Positions 39,412 through 50,249 of a stretch of 64,000 nt of DNA are shown piece by piece. The stretch spans positions 160,001-224,000 of the forward strand of contig CAVWLW010000059.1 in NCBI GenBank assembly GCA_963755715.1. Reading direction: 5' to 3'. This stretch comes from an uncultured delta proteobacterium (GTDB taxonomy: Bacteria > Desulfobacterota > Binatia > UBA9968). A program made the translations under genes and the position numbers. Within the stretch, counting starts at the first letter, position 1. Each line of letters starts with the position of its first letter. The notes beneath the pieces were generated by a model, which saw nothing but the letters and a program-made list of their open reading frames with translations, did not search any database and was not told the DNA's origin.

Positions 39412-40326
39412 GTGAGCCAAACCGTCGCGGCGCCGCAGGCATTTTCCGCCTCGCCGTTTCGAATTTGGTTAGCGCTCAGCGCGGTTTATCTCATTTGGGG
39501 ATCGACCTATCTGGCGATCCGCTTTGCGGTCGAGACGATGCCGCCGTTTTTGTCCGCGGCGGCGCGCTTTATCGTGTCCGGCGCCTTCTTATATTCTTGG
39601 CGGCGCTTAGCCGGCGATCCAAAACCGAGCGGATTGGAACGGCGCAACGCGGCGGTCATCGGCATTTTTTTGCTCGTCGGCGGCAACGGCGGTGTCGTTT
39701 GGGCGGCGCAATTCATCCCGTCGAGCCTCGCCGCCCTGCTGGTCGCGACCGTGCCATTGTGGATGATTCTGATCGATGCCCTTCGGCCGCGCGGTGCGCG
39801 GCCGAGCTCAAGAGTTCTGACCGGCATCTTGATCGGTTTTTGCGGCGCCTTGCTGCTGATCGGTTGGAGCGCGGATCACGCGACTCCGGCCCATTTTTCC
39901 GGCGCGATCGCCGTCTTGATCGCATCCTTTTTTTGGGCCGTAGGCTCGATCTATGGCAAAACCGCTGCACTCCCGGCATCACCGCTGGTGACCACCGGCA
40001 TCGAGATGATCGCCGGCGGCATCGGTCAAATCGCCGCCGCGCTTTTCCTCGGTGAGTTCAACAGTCTAAAGCTGGATGGGATTTCGTGGCGCTCCGAGTT
40101 GGCGTGGCTCTATTTAACCGTCATCGGCCCGATTGCCTTCGTCTCTTACGCCTGGTTGCTTCGGGTAGCGCCGATTCCGCTGGTCGCGACCTATTCCTAC
40201 GTCAATCCTCTGGTCGCGATCCTGCTCGGTTATTTCCTCGGCAAAGAAATTCTGACGGCGCGTATTTTATTTGCGGCGAGCTTGATCATCGGCTCGGTGG
40301 TCCTGGTCAGCAGCCGTAAACGCTAG
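39412..40326 (+). CDS. EamA/DMT transporter (YedA-like)
   Basis: VYLIWGSTYLAIR, YSYVNPLVA, about 10 TM segments. Confidence 0.9.
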   Translation: MSQTVAAPQAFSASPFRIWLALSAVYLIWGSTYLAIRFAVETMPPFLSAAARFIVSGAFLYSWRRLAGDPKPSGLERRNAAVIGIFLLVGGNGGVVWAAQFIPSSLAALLVATVPLWMILIDALRPRGARPSSRVLTGILIGFCGALLLIGWSADHATPAHFSGAIAVLIASFFWAVGSIYGKTAALPASPLVTTGIEMIAGGIGQIAAALFLGEFNSLKLDGISWRSELAWLYLTVIGPIAFVSYAWLLRVAPIPLVATYSYVNPLVAILLGYFLGKEILTARILFAASLIIGSVVLVSSRKR

Positions 40327-40337
40327 CGCGGCCAATC

Positions 40338-40758
40338 TCATTGCTCGATGAATTCCGCAAGGGACGCCAGCGGTTGCACGTGATCGCAGACGATTTTGAC
40401 GATCGCTAACAAGGGCACTGCCATCAGCGCGCCGGGCACGCCCCAAAGCCAGCCCCAAAAGATCAGCCAGACGAAAAGCACGACGGGATTGAGCAGCAGC
40501 CGGTGGCCAATGACGAACGGCACGACAACATACTCTTCGAGCAGATTTAGAACCAGATAAGTTGCCGGCACGAGTAGGATCGCACTCAGACCGTCGAGCG
40601 CTACGGCGGCGACCAAGGTGACGACGCCGATGCCCACCAATGTTTTTTTTGGTGTCGCGATCGGCGTCGCCATGTTTTTTCTCAGCATGCCCAATCCGCT
40701 GCTCTGGGGCGTGATGGCGGGGTTGCTCCATTTTATTCCTTTTTTGGGCGCGATGGTG
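40338..40758 (-). pseudogene. AI-2E family transporter C-terminal remnant with internal inversion
   Basis: Minus strand reads VGIGVV...LNPVVLF...WGWLWGVPGALMAVPLL; plus strand 40639-40758 reads NVFFG...MPNPLLWG...FIPFLGAMV. Confidence 0.85.
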
Positions 40759-40856
40759 CGAGTGCCCCGTCCGCGAATAATCAACGATTGAGTTTTCTTG
40801 CAGCTCAGCTCAGGCGATGTTAAAGAAGCTTTATTTGCTGGGAATGGAGCAGCGCC

Positions 40857-41462
40857 ATGGCTATCACGCTTTATCACGACACGCCGTCCTCCAACTCTGA
40901 TCGAGTCAAAATCGCCCTCGCGGAGAAGGGCCTGAGCTGGGAGGGCGTGCGGGTCCGCCTCGCCAACAAGGAGCAAAAAAAGGCGGATTTTTTGCGGCTC
41001 AATCCCTACGGCAAAATTCCCGTCCTCGTCGAGGACGGCAAGGTGTTGTTCGAATCGTGCATCATCAACGAATACCTCGACGAAAAGTATCCCAATCCGC
41101 CGCTGATGCCGAAAGATCCTTACCTGCGCGGCCGCGGCCGCGTCCTGGTGGACTACGCGCTGAATTTTGCGCATGAACCGTACTGGGCGCTGCGCGGCGA
41201 GATGCTCAAGCCCGAAGCGGCGCGCGATACCACGATCGTCGAACAAAAACGGCGAATCTTGGCGGATCTGCTTCTGTATCTGGAAGCCGCTTTGGGTGAC
41301 AAACTTTATTTTCTCGGCGATTTAAGTCTCACCGATATCGCGATCGTGCCGCGCTTTCTGCGCATGGAATCTTACGGCGCGCTGCCCTCGCCGTCCCTGC
41401 CTCGGCTCGGCGCGTGGCTTAAGCGGATGAAAGAACGGCCCTCGGTGCAGGGGATTCTCTAG
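40857..41462 (+). CDS. Glutathione S-transferase family protein
   Basis: LNPYGKIPVL, ESCIINEYLDE, SLTDIA. Confidence 0.92.
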   Translation: MAITLYHDTPSSNSDRVKIALAEKGLSWEGVRVRLANKEQKKADFLRLNPYGKIPVLVEDGKVLFESCIINEYLDEKYPNPPLMPKDPYLRGRGRVLVDYALNFAHEPYWALRGEMLKPEAARDTTIVEQKRRILADLLLYLEAALGDKLYFLGDLSLTDIAIVPRFLRMESYGALPSPSLPRLGAWLKRMKERPSVQGIL

Positions 41463-41478
41463 CGGGCACCTGCCATCG

Positions 41479-42516
41479 CTATTTCAGAACTTCTTTCAGT
41501 TTCGCCACCACGGCCGGCGGCGTCGTGAACATGTTTTGAATCAACTGCTCGGTCTCTTCGCCCGCAATCGGCGCAATCTCTAAATTAGCTTTGCTGGCGT
41601 CGTGGAGATAGTCGGGATCTTTGACAGTTTGCAAAAAAGCTTTGCGCAAAGTCTGCACACGATCCTTCGGCGTGTTGGGGGGCAACGAATACCCATAGGT
41701 GACCTGGCTCGCCTGATGAATCCCGGTTTCGATCAGTTGGCGCGCCTCGGCGCTTTTGGCGAAGGCGATGGACAGCGGCACTTTGGGCAGCTCGGGATGC
41801 GCTTTGCCGTTACTCTGCAGCAGGATGACCACTTGCCCCGATTCGATCGCTTTACGCCAGGTCGCGCGCACCGAAACCCACGAGAATCCACACAGCCCAT
41901 CGATTTCGCCGGATTCAACGGCGACGCGAATATCCGCCGTGCCCTTGTAGCCGGTAATTAAGCGCATCGGTAAATTGATCGCCTCCTTGAGAATTTTTGC
42001 GGTATCGTCGGTCGTCGCTCCGGGCGCGCTGCCGCCCAAACGCATCGGCGTCTTGGCGGCGAGCCATTGCTCCGCGTTGGCGATGCCGGTCTTTTGATTG
42101 AGTACACAGAGGTCGTGGTTGTAGCCCGGCGCGCCCACCCATTCCATCTTGCGCGGGTCAAAGCTAACGCCTTGCCCACCGACTAATTGACCGAGGATCT
42201 GGTTGCCGTTGAAAGCGCCGATGGTCAATCCGTCGGCCTTGGCCACCCGATAAATATAATTGGCCGAAATTAAACTGCCCGCGCCGGGCATGTTTTCGAC
42301 GATGATCGTCGGATTGCCGGGTATATATTTGCCCATGTATCGCGATAACGAGCGGGCATAGGTGTCGAAGCCGCCGCCGGCGGAAAATCCGACGATGATG
42401 CGAATCACTTTGCCGCTGTAAAATTCCTGATTGGCCGTCGCGCCATAAACACCCGTTGGCGCAGACAGCGCCAATCCTAAAGTAAGGCCGATTCCAGTCA
42501 AGAATTTTTGCCGCAT
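41479..42516 (-). CDS. Bug/TctC substrate-binding protein
   Basis: FYSGK, GGGFDTYAR, PGNPTIIVENMPGAG; AAGGAG RBS. Confidence 0.9.
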   Translation of the reverse strand: MRQKFLTGIGLTLGLALSAPTGVYGATANQEFYSGKVIRIIVGFSAGGGFDTYARSLSRYMGKYIPGNPTIIVENMPGAGSLISANYIYRVAKADGLTIGAFNGNQILGQLVGGQGVSFDPRKMEWVGAPGYNHDLCVLNQKTGIANAEQWLAAKTPMRLGGSAPGATTDDTAKILKEAINLPMRLITGYKGTADIRVAVESGEIDGLCGFSWVSVRATWRKAIESGQVVILLQSNGKAHPELPKVPLSIAFAKSAEARQLIETGIHQASQVTYGYSLPPNTPKDRVQTLRKAFLQTVKDPDYLHDASKANLEIAPIAGEETEQLIQNMFTTPPAVVAKLKEVLK

Positions 42517-42618
42517 GATGGTCTCCTTTCTCATCGCGTTTGGATTGCGTCACAAAGTACGTGAAATACATCGGCTCCGTCAACGACTGCATTTCGATGC
42601 CATCACGATGAAAACACG

Positions 42619-42646
42619 TTGACAATGGAACGGGTTTACCTATATT
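42619..42646 (+). promoter_or_regulatory. Putative sigma70 promoter
   Basis: TTGACA-N16-TATATT. Confidence 0.4.
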
Positions 42647-42670
42647 GACCCGATTCGGGAGGAGCCTGGT

Positions 42671-43690
42671 ATGCGCTTTCGCTGGGTTTGGATTTTTACC
42701 GCTATCATCGTCTTGATTGCCGACTCGTCGCGCGCCGACGATTTTTACAAAGGGAAAACGATCCGCGTCATCGTCGGCGGCAGCGCCGGCGGCGGCTTCG
42801 ATATTTACACGCGCGCCATGGCGCGCCACATGGGAAAGCATATTCCCGGCAATCCCACCATGATTGTTGAAAACATGACCGGCGCGGGCACGTTGATCGC
42901 CGCCAAATATCTGCACAGTAGCGCCAAGCCGGACGGCCTTTCGTTCGGCATCTTCAACGGCGCGTTGATCCTGAGCGGCGCGCTCGGCAACAAGAGCATC
43001 GACTTCGACATGAGAGAATTGGAATTTCTCGGCGTGCCGGTACAGGACAGCACCGTGTGCGCCCTACGCAAGGAAAGCGGCGTTACTAATATGGATCAGT
43101 GGTTCGCGTCGAAGTCGCCGATCAAGCTCGGCGGCCTGAGTCCGGGCAATAGCACCAGCGACGTGGCGCGCATCATTGCCGCGGCTCTCAACCTGCCGAT
43201 CCAGCTCGTCGAAGGCTACAAAGGCACCAATGAAATTCGCCTCGCGGCGGACGCCGGCGAATTGCACGGCGCCTGCTGGGCTTGGGAGACGCTGAGAACC
43301 GCATGGAGCAAAGCGATCCCGGCCGGTGAGGTTAACGTCGTCCTGCAGGTTACCGCAAAAAAAATCCCGGAGCTGCCCAACGTGCCGATGTCGCTCGACC
43401 TGGCGAAATCCGATGAAGCGCGGCAACTTTTGAAAGCCGGCGCCATCGACCCGGCGGCCATCGTGCGCGTTTATGTAACGACGCCGCGCACACCCAAAGA
43501 TCGGCTGCAAATTCTGCGCGCCGCCTTCGCAACAACCTTGACCGACCCGGATTTCATCGCCGAATCCAAGAAAGCCAATCTGGACATCAATCCGCTCAAC
43601 GGCGAAGAAGTTAAAAAAATCGTCGACGACCTTTTCAAACTCACGCCGGCAATGAGAACCAAGCTCGCCGGCGTTTTGGCGCCGAAGTGA
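42671..43690 (+). CDS. Bug/TctC substrate-binding protein
   Basis: FYKGKT, GGGFDIYTR, PGNPTMIVENMTGAG. Confidence 0.9.
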   Translation: MRFRWVWIFTAIIVLIADSSRADDFYKGKTIRVIVGGSAGGGFDIYTRAMARHMGKHIPGNPTMIVENMTGAGTLIAAKYLHSSAKPDGLSFGIFNGALILSGALGNKSIDFDMRELEFLGVPVQDSTVCALRKESGVTNMDQWFASKSPIKLGGLSPGNSTSDVARIIAAALNLPIQLVEGYKGTNEIRLAADAGELHGACWAWETLRTAWSKAIPAGEVNVVLQVTAKKIPELPNVPMSLDLAKSDEARQLLKAGAIDPAAIVRVYVTTPRTPKDRLQILRAAFATTLTDPDFIAESKKANLDINPLNGEEVKKIVDDLFKLTPAMRTKLAGVLAPK

Positions 43691-43733
43691 GTCTTAGCGT
43701 TTTCGTGAAGAAATGGAGATGACGCAGTGAAAA

Positions 43734-44744
43734 ATGCATTCTACCGGAGCACTGATTTTGATCGCATGGGGGATTGCTGCCATTGCAAATCCCGCGCTTC
43801 ACGCCGCTCAAGGAGCAGAGCTCAAGCCGGAAAAAAATAAGCTCGAAGTCGCTATCGCCGCCACCGGCCCGCTCTACCTGCCGATCATTCTGGCGAACGA
43901 GGCCGGCTATTTCAGCAAGCGCGGCGTCACCGTCAATCTCAGCACGTTGAGCGCCACGGCGTCCGCCCAGGCGCTCATCTCCGGGCAGATTGATATTTAT
44001 CAAGGCGGCACCGCGACGATTCATGCCAACGTGGCGGGCTCGGATCTGATTTACATCGCCGCCAGCGTCGATCGCAGCACTTTGATCTTGTTCGGTCAAA
44101 AAGGCTTGACGACTTTTGAAAATTTACGCGGCAAGTCGGTGGCAACGACTTCGGTAGGCGCCTTCGGCGAAATTGCCATGCGCAAAACCGCCAAAGAGCG
44201 CGGCATGGAAATCGGCAAAGACATCAAGCTTCTCTACCACAAAGGCCCGGCGGACGCGCTGTCGACTTTTTTGGTCGGCAACGCCGACGGTATGATCGTC
44301 ACGCCGCCGCAGACGGAAATGGCGCGCGGCAAAGGATTTCCGGTGATCATCGACTATTACGAAAAAGGACTCAAAATCATCGGACCCGGCACCGGCGTTG
44401 CGCGCGCTTTCGTGCAAAAGAATCCCAACACGCTTAAAATTTTTCTGATGGGCTATCTCGACGGCGTGAAGCGCTCGCTCGACGATCCGGCTTACGCGAA
44501 AACCGTTCTCGCCCAAAGCAGCAAAATCACCGACCAGAAACTTGTCGAAGATAGTTATCAGGAAGGCGTCAAGGTTTGGAACAAAGACATGACCGTCGAT
44601 CCCGAAGCGATCAAGCTCGTCCTCGAGCAGTCGACGGTCGCTAAAGCCGCTGAGCTCGACCCCAAACGATTTTTCGACAACTCACTGATCCGCGAGGTTA
44701 ACCGCGACTACGGCGCGAAATTGTTTCCCGGCCAAGTAAAGTAA
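43734..44744 (+). CDS. NMT1/SsuA-like solute-binding protein
   Basis: Signal peptide, EAGYFSKRG, LRGKSVA, TPP, FFDNSL. Confidence 0.85.
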   Translation: MHSTGALILIAWGIAAIANPALHAAQGAELKPEKNKLEVAIAATGPLYLPIILANEAGYFSKRGVTVNLSTLSATASAQALISGQIDIYQGGTATIHANVAGSDLIYIAASVDRSTLILFGQKGLTTFENLRGKSVATTSVGAFGEIAMRKTAKERGMEIGKDIKLLYHKGPADALSTFLVGNADGMIVTPPQTEMARGKGFPVIIDYYEKGLKIIGPGTGVARAFVQKNPNTLKIFLMGYLDGVKRSLDDPAYAKTVLAQSSKITDQKLVEDSYQEGVKVWNKDMTVDPEAIKLVLEQSTVAKAAELDPKRFFDNSLIREVNRDYGAKLFPGQVK

Positions 44745-44760
44745 AGCGCTATGGCACTCA

Positions 44761-44845
44761 CGTCATGCCGGCGAAAGCCGGCATCCAGGTTCGTTTTCGC
44801 TTCGGATTCAAAAACACCTGGATTCCGGCCTGCGCCGGAATGACG
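44761..44845. repeat. dRS3-like CGTCAT...ATGACG REP doublet
   Basis: CGTCATGCCGGCGAAAGCCGGCATCCAGG...CCTGGATTCCGGCCTGCGCCGGAATGACG, between convergent genes. Confidence 0.8.
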
Positions 44846-44886
44846 GAAAAGAGAATCGACTTTGCTTTAATTACTAGAAGCCCTTG

Positions 44887-46528
44887 TTAATTCAGCAGGC
44901 GTGTCCTGGTCGCTTTCTCGACATAATATTCGCCGACTCGCGTCGGCAGCAGACCTTGTTTGACCAACTGTGCGGCCGCGTCTTTAATGCAATTCTGATA
45001 CGCAGCAGAAGTCAGCTTTTGTCCCGGCTTGAGCAGTCCAAGTCTCTGCCACGCCTCGGTCACCGTTTCACGTTTGTCGCGTTTCCCATTACCGTTCATG
45101 TCGACCAGAACATTGCGCGCATCCAAAGGCTCCTGGTTGACGCCGTCAAACGCGGCAAAAGCCGTTTCCTGGCCGCCGCGCCTTCCCGGATCCACTTCCG
45201 GCGGGTAGGCGAAGTAGACGCCCAGGGGACAGGCGACTTCAGGCAAGGCGACGGCGCCGCGCCCATTCGCGCCATTGTTGTTTTTGTCCGCCGACTCCAC
45301 CGCGTCTATTTTACTCGCAGTCGGCGCAACATCTCTTTCTACCCACTCGTCGAGGCGGTCGATGAGCGAATCGAAAATTCCACCGAGGTCGAGGGTTTGG
45401 TTCACGAGATCGGGGCGGGAAACTTGACCGGCGTCGAAATGACTCACGCCGCGGATCTCATATAAACGGTGCTTCGCCGCCAAGCCTTTCTCTCCGAGCA
45501 GCCGCGCATTCTCACGCTTGTTTTGCAAATAATCACCCGTGTCGCCGGCGTAAAGCATGTGGGTAATATCGATTTGTTTGGCGAAATGCGCGCGCCCATC
45601 GGCAGTCGTGAATAACACATCCTTGCCGTCGACGATCAACTTCGGCAGCCAGAGTCCGCTGCCGGCGTCATCGATCAGAAAAGCATCGAAAAATGGCTTG
45701 CCGTCCGCATCCTGATTGGCGCCGGGCTGATAGTTGATTTGCCGTCCCAAAAATCCGCCAGCGGAGTGACCGTAAAAATAAATTCTTTTCGGCTGGGAAC
45801 CCAATCTTTTTGTGATCAACGACCGCGCCAGTTGTCCCCACGACGTGATCAAGCCGGCGTGAGAACTGAGATTGTAGTTGTTGAGCTTCGTGCCGTCTTC
45901 CAAAATGATCGTGACGTCGCCGCGCGTGCGGTCGGAGGAGCGCATGGTGTGCGCGACGGCGTAGCCCTTGTCGATCATCAACCCGACGTAGCGATTGACG
46001 TCGGCGAGAGGATTGAACTTGGCGTTGGGATCGCGCGGCACCAAGGCGCCGACGGCGCCGTAGGAACCCGCGCCATGCGCGCGTGATGAAAAGTTTGCCG
46101 TTCCAGTTGCGCGCGTCTTCCGGATAGAAAATCGTCAGCCCGTGTCCGGTCGATGCCTCGTACTTGCCGACACCGTGCGCCCGCGGGCCTGCGAGACCGG
46201 ACTGCGTCAAAACGAAATCGGGACCGTCGCTAAAATAGATCGCCCGGGAGCCCTTTTCGCGCGACGCCCAACCTTCGACTCCGCCGCTCAAGCGGATCTC
46301 GACCCGGCGAAATTTTTTGCCGTTAATATTGAAAACAGTCTCTTCTGAAATGATGAGACATTGCTCGACACCTACGGACTGCCCGAATACTTGTTTCAAT
46401 GGCTGGGCAAATTCATTGCACGAAACGCCGTCTTTCACTACCTTGGCGGACCTGCCGCGATCTTGGGCCGAGACGGGGGCGATGAAAGTCAACGTTGCGA
46501 TCAAGAAAAAAATTGTGCGCGCGAGCAT
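44887..46528 (-). CDS. Secreted alpha/beta-hydrolase-fold protein (frameshift at about 46080)
   Basis: Signal peptide, WNGKLF, YFYGHSAGG (GxSxG), GVSHFD, DMNGNG loop. Confidence 0.7.
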
Positions 46529-46677
46529 AAATTTCCCTCCCGCCGCCGAAATTAGTCCGCCGGCATCAAGCTGTCAAACGACCGGCGCGGATTTGCTACG
46601 AGCCTCTGCAAACCCTTGAGCCGGATTGCCGGTTTCTGATACTGATAAGCGAAATTGAATCTTCGAGGAGTCCTACG

Positions 46678-47760
46678 ATGCGCATTATCGACGCCGATGG
46701 CCACGTGCTGGAAAGAGACATCCCCTGGGCGGATTTGATCGACGCTCCCTACCGTTCGCGCGCGCCGCGCCCGGTGCAGGACAACCGCGGCTTTACTTTC
46801 ATCATGATCGACGGAAAACTCACGCCAAAACCAGTCGGCAAAGGTTGCAGCTTCGTCGGCGCGCCGCGCAGTCATAATCCGCAGCCGACCACAGGCATGG
46901 TCGATCCCAAGCAGCGGCTCAAGGACATGGATTTGGAAGGCATCGACACCGCGGTGCTATTCGGCACGTCGCCGTTTCTGAGCCTGCCGTTCGTCGAAGA
47001 CAAAGACTTGGCCAGCGCCGTGGCGCGCGTCTACAACAACTGGCTGGCCGGCTATTGCAGCGCCGATCCGCGCCGGCTGAAAGGTGTGGCCGCGGTCGCG
47101 ATTCAGGACCCGACGGAAGCGGTCAAGGAGCTTCGCCGCGCGGTTGAAGAGCTCAAGTTCGTCGCCGTCGCCGCGCCGCCGATTTCGGCGTCGAAAAAAA
47201 ATCTCGACGATCCTGATCTCTTTCCTTTTTTTGCAGAGGCAGAGCGTCTCAACGTGCCCGTGTGCATTCACGTCGGCGCCGGCGACGGCGTGCCCGCGGC
47301 CACCGAGCGGTTCGATCATCCTTTTTTCACCCATGCCATGGCGCATCCTTTCGAGCAGATGATCGCTTCGTTATGCGTCGTCGCCGGCGGGCTGTTGGAG
47401 CGCTTTCCGCGCCTCAAGTTCGCCTTCATGGAAGCCGGCTGCGGCTGGGTGCCTTATTGGATGGAGCGGCTCGATGAGCACTATGAAATCCTTCAACCGA
47501 CCGTGCCGTGGCTAACCAAGCCGCCCAGCGAATACATGAAAAGCGGACAAATGTTCTACGCCTTCGAGATGGAAGAAAAGATGCTGCCCTACGTCGCCGA
47601 GTTCGTCGGCCCCGAGCGCTTAGTATTCGCCACCGACTACAATCACAGCGATTCGAAGTTTCCCCACACCGTCGAAGAAGTCATGGAGCGCAAAGATCTA
47701 TCCGACGCGTTAAAAGCCAAAATCATGGGCGAGAACGCGCAGAAGCTCTATAGTTTGTGA
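46678..47760 (+). CDS. Amidohydrolase-2 family protein
   Basis: IDADGH, DMDLEGID, FMEAGCGW, FATDYNH. Confidence 0.92.
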   Translation: MRIIDADGHVLERDIPWADLIDAPYRSRAPRPVQDNRGFTFIMIDGKLTPKPVGKGCSFVGAPRSHNPQPTTGMVDPKQRLKDMDLEGIDTAVLFGTSPFLSLPFVEDKDLASAVARVYNNWLAGYCSADPRRLKGVAAVAIQDPTEAVKELRRAVEELKFVAVAAPPISASKKNLDDPDLFPFFAEAERLNVPVCIHVGAGDGVPAATERFDHPFFTHAMAHPFEQMIASLCVVAGGLLERFPRLKFAFMEAGCGWVPYWMERLDEHYEILQPTVPWLTKPPSEYMKSGQMFYAFEMEEKMLPYVAEFVGPERLVFATDYNHSDSKFPHTVEEVMERKDLSDALKAKIMGENAQKLYSL

Positions 47761-47796
47761 TGAATCAATACTGGGATCTGGCGATCTGAAATCTTG

Positions 47797-47967
47797 CTAG
47801 TGTCCTGAAACCAAAATTCCGCCGAAGAAATCACAACCCCGTGCCGTCATGCCGGTGAAAACCGGCATCCAGACGTTTTTAATCCTGGATTCCGGGTCGC
47901 GCTAGCTATCGCCAGCTCGCCCGGAATGACGTTGAATTAGGCCGCAAACTCCGCTTCAGGAGACTAG
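47797..47967. repeat. MITE-like element, CTAG-bounded, enclosing a dRS3-like doublet
   Basis: CTAGTGTCCTGAA...TTCAGGAGACTAG; inner CGTCATGCCGG...CCGGAATGACG (47845-47931). Confidence 0.7.
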
Positions 47968-48915
47968 CGAGTCGTTTCGTTGAACATTTGTCTGACGAAA
48001 GTGAAATCCGCCACATCAGTCGGTTTAACGGCAATTTTTGCCTTGCTTTGCTCGGCGATGCGGTTGAGTTCCACCTGCACTTCTTGATCGGTGAGCGAGA
48101 GTGTCGGATTGAGCGTGTCCATCAGCGCGTCATAAACCGAGTCCGCTACTTCACGCTCCATCTTGTATTGGCGAATGATGAACTGAATCATTTCCGCTCT
48201 GCGAGTCTTCGCGAATTCAACGGCGCGCATCACCGCGCGAATCGCGCGGCGAATTTTTTGCGGTTCGCGCTCGAGTTTGTCCTTCGTCGTCACAAGCGCC
48301 GTCGTCGGTGACACACCGATCACGTCGCCGGTATGAAGCAAATCCCGATAACCCTGGCGCTTGGCGAGAATGCTGTAGGGCGGCGTCAACGCCACGGCAG
48401 GCATGCTGCCCTGCTGCAACGACAAAAAGCCGTTAGCGACGTCGCCGGTGGAAACGAGCTGCACGTCTTTATCCATGCCGCTCGGCCTGAGCGCTTCGAG
48501 CACCTGATAGAACTGCGTGCCCCAATTGCCGCCCACGCCGATCATCTTGCCGCGCAGATCTTCGATGCGCTGAATATTTTTCTGCGCGACGATCCACAGG
48601 TCGGCCTTCTTGTTGACGTTGAGAATCATTTTGATCGGCGCGCCGTTCACCGCCGCGCGCATGGCCGAACCGCCCGCCGTGGTGAAATCGATGCTGCCCG
48701 TCACCAGCGCGGCGATGCCGGTGTTGGTGCGCATGACGATGATTTCGGGATTCAAACCCTCTCGCGCAAAGAATCCTTCTTTGGCGCCGAGATGCATCGG
48801 CCAAGCCGCCAAGCCCGGGGAAGACGGCGCGATGCGGACTTTCTCCTGCGCGCCGAGCCGAATGAACATAGAGAACAAATTGAATGAAGACTAATGGAGC
48901 GATTGTCCAGCGCAA
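47964..48915 (-). CDS. NMT1/SsuA-like solute-binding protein (5' end uncertain, probable frameshift in the signal peptide)
   Basis: KEGFFAREGL, DLRGKMIGV, LTPP. Confidence 0.8.
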
Positions 48916-48978
48916 GAGAATCGAAGCGCGTCTGGCTGCGCCGCGCGCGCCTACGCGTCGGAGATAAACCCGAAACCA

Positions 48979-49989
48979 CTATAACCCATACAGCGCCTTG
49001 GCGTTGTCGTAGAGAATCTTGTCGATGATTCTTGGCTCGACCTCGCCTTTGGTTTTGATCGTGCGCAGCGCTTCGATTTCGGACGAAGTGTCGTTATGGC
49101 CGTAGTCGGAGCCGATCACGATGTTATCTTCGCCGGCATACTTCAGCACATAGGGAAGGTCGTCGTCCGTCTGGCAAGCGACATAGACATGGTTATCGCG
49201 GATCAGATTACGCGCCGCGGCATTGTCCGCCCGGTCCAAGCGGCGCGCGATCTCGACGGCGAGATACGGCACCCACTGAGCGCGCACCTCGATGAAGCCG
49301 AACCTGAGCATAGGAAATTTTTTGGGCACACCGTCGTGCACGAGCGCGTGAAACGCCGACAACACCGGCGCCTTGAAGCGCATGAAACCACTTTCGCCGT
49401 CAAAGAGCTGCACCCAGTTGAAGTTGCCGGTGGACGCATGGACGCAAATGGGCAGACCGGCTTTTTCCGCCCTTTCGTAAAGAGGAAAAAAATAGGCATG
49501 GCTGAGCCGCTTGTCGTCGATCAAGCCGCGCATGAAGACGCCGCAGGCGCCGTTGGCTTTGGCGAACTCGACTTCGGCGACCATGCTCGCCGCATCGATC
49601 ACCGGCACCACGGCAATCCACTTAAGCCGGCCTTCGCCCCGGGCACAGACATCGATCAACCACTGGTTGTAACTGCGGCAGATCGCGTTCTCGACTTCGG
49701 CTCTTGCCGTCAGCGGCCGCAGAAACAGCGACGGATACAACACCTGGACGTCGATATCGAGCTGGTCCATGTGCTTTAGCCGACTTTTGATATCGCGCAT
49801 CTCGCAGATATCAACCGGTAAGTTACGGTCAAAATTCACACCGCGGTTAAAAACCCGGCCGTCGATCAACCAGTTTTGCGGCCGCCCCGCGCCGGGCGAG
49901 ATGAGAAACGGTCTGAGCTTCTCGTTGGGAATATAGCGCCAGGTCTCGTCACTCTCGATAACGTGGGCATCGGCATCGATGGTCGGCAT
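48979..49989 (-). CDS. Amidohydrolase-2 family protein
   Basis: IDADAH, DVQVLYPS, ICVH, IGSDYGH; GGAGG RBS. Confidence 0.9.
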   Translation of the reverse strand: MPTIDADAHVIESDETWRYIPNEKLRPFLISPGAGRPQNWLIDGRVFNRGVNFDRNLPVDICEMRDIKSRLKHMDQLDIDVQVLYPSLFLRPLTARAEVENAICRSYNQWLIDVCARGEGRLKWIAVVPVIDAASMVAEVEFAKANGACGVFMRGLIDDKRLSHAYFFPLYERAEKAGLPICVHASTGNFNWVQLFDGESGFMRFKAPVLSAFHALVHDGVPKKFPMLRFGFIEVRAQWVPYLAVEIARRLDRADNAAARNLIRDNHVYVACQTDDDLPYVLKYAGEDNIVIGSDYGHNDTSSEIEALRTIKTKGEVEPRIIDKILYDNAKALYGL

Positions 49990-50249
49990 GATTGTCCTCC
50001 ACTACGCGCCCCCGGAGCGGGCGAATTTCTGCCGCAAAGTAACTCCATTCAAGATCGACCGTCAAATAGAATAATGAGAAATAAACGCCCGGATGAAATC
50101 TAAACTAATTTTTTAAAATTCAGCTTAACAGCCCTGGAAATGCAAACGATTTATAAACTGATATAAGGAATCGTGAATTCTGGACGGCGCTTTTGCGTCT
50201 AAGCGCTCGGACAAAGGACGCTTTGTTCACTTGGAAAAGGAGATGGCAG

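Noticed and set aside
40338-41246. 302-aa ORF as a real membrane protein
   Set aside because: It is a chimera of the antisense GST frame, the inverted segment and the AI-2E remnant.
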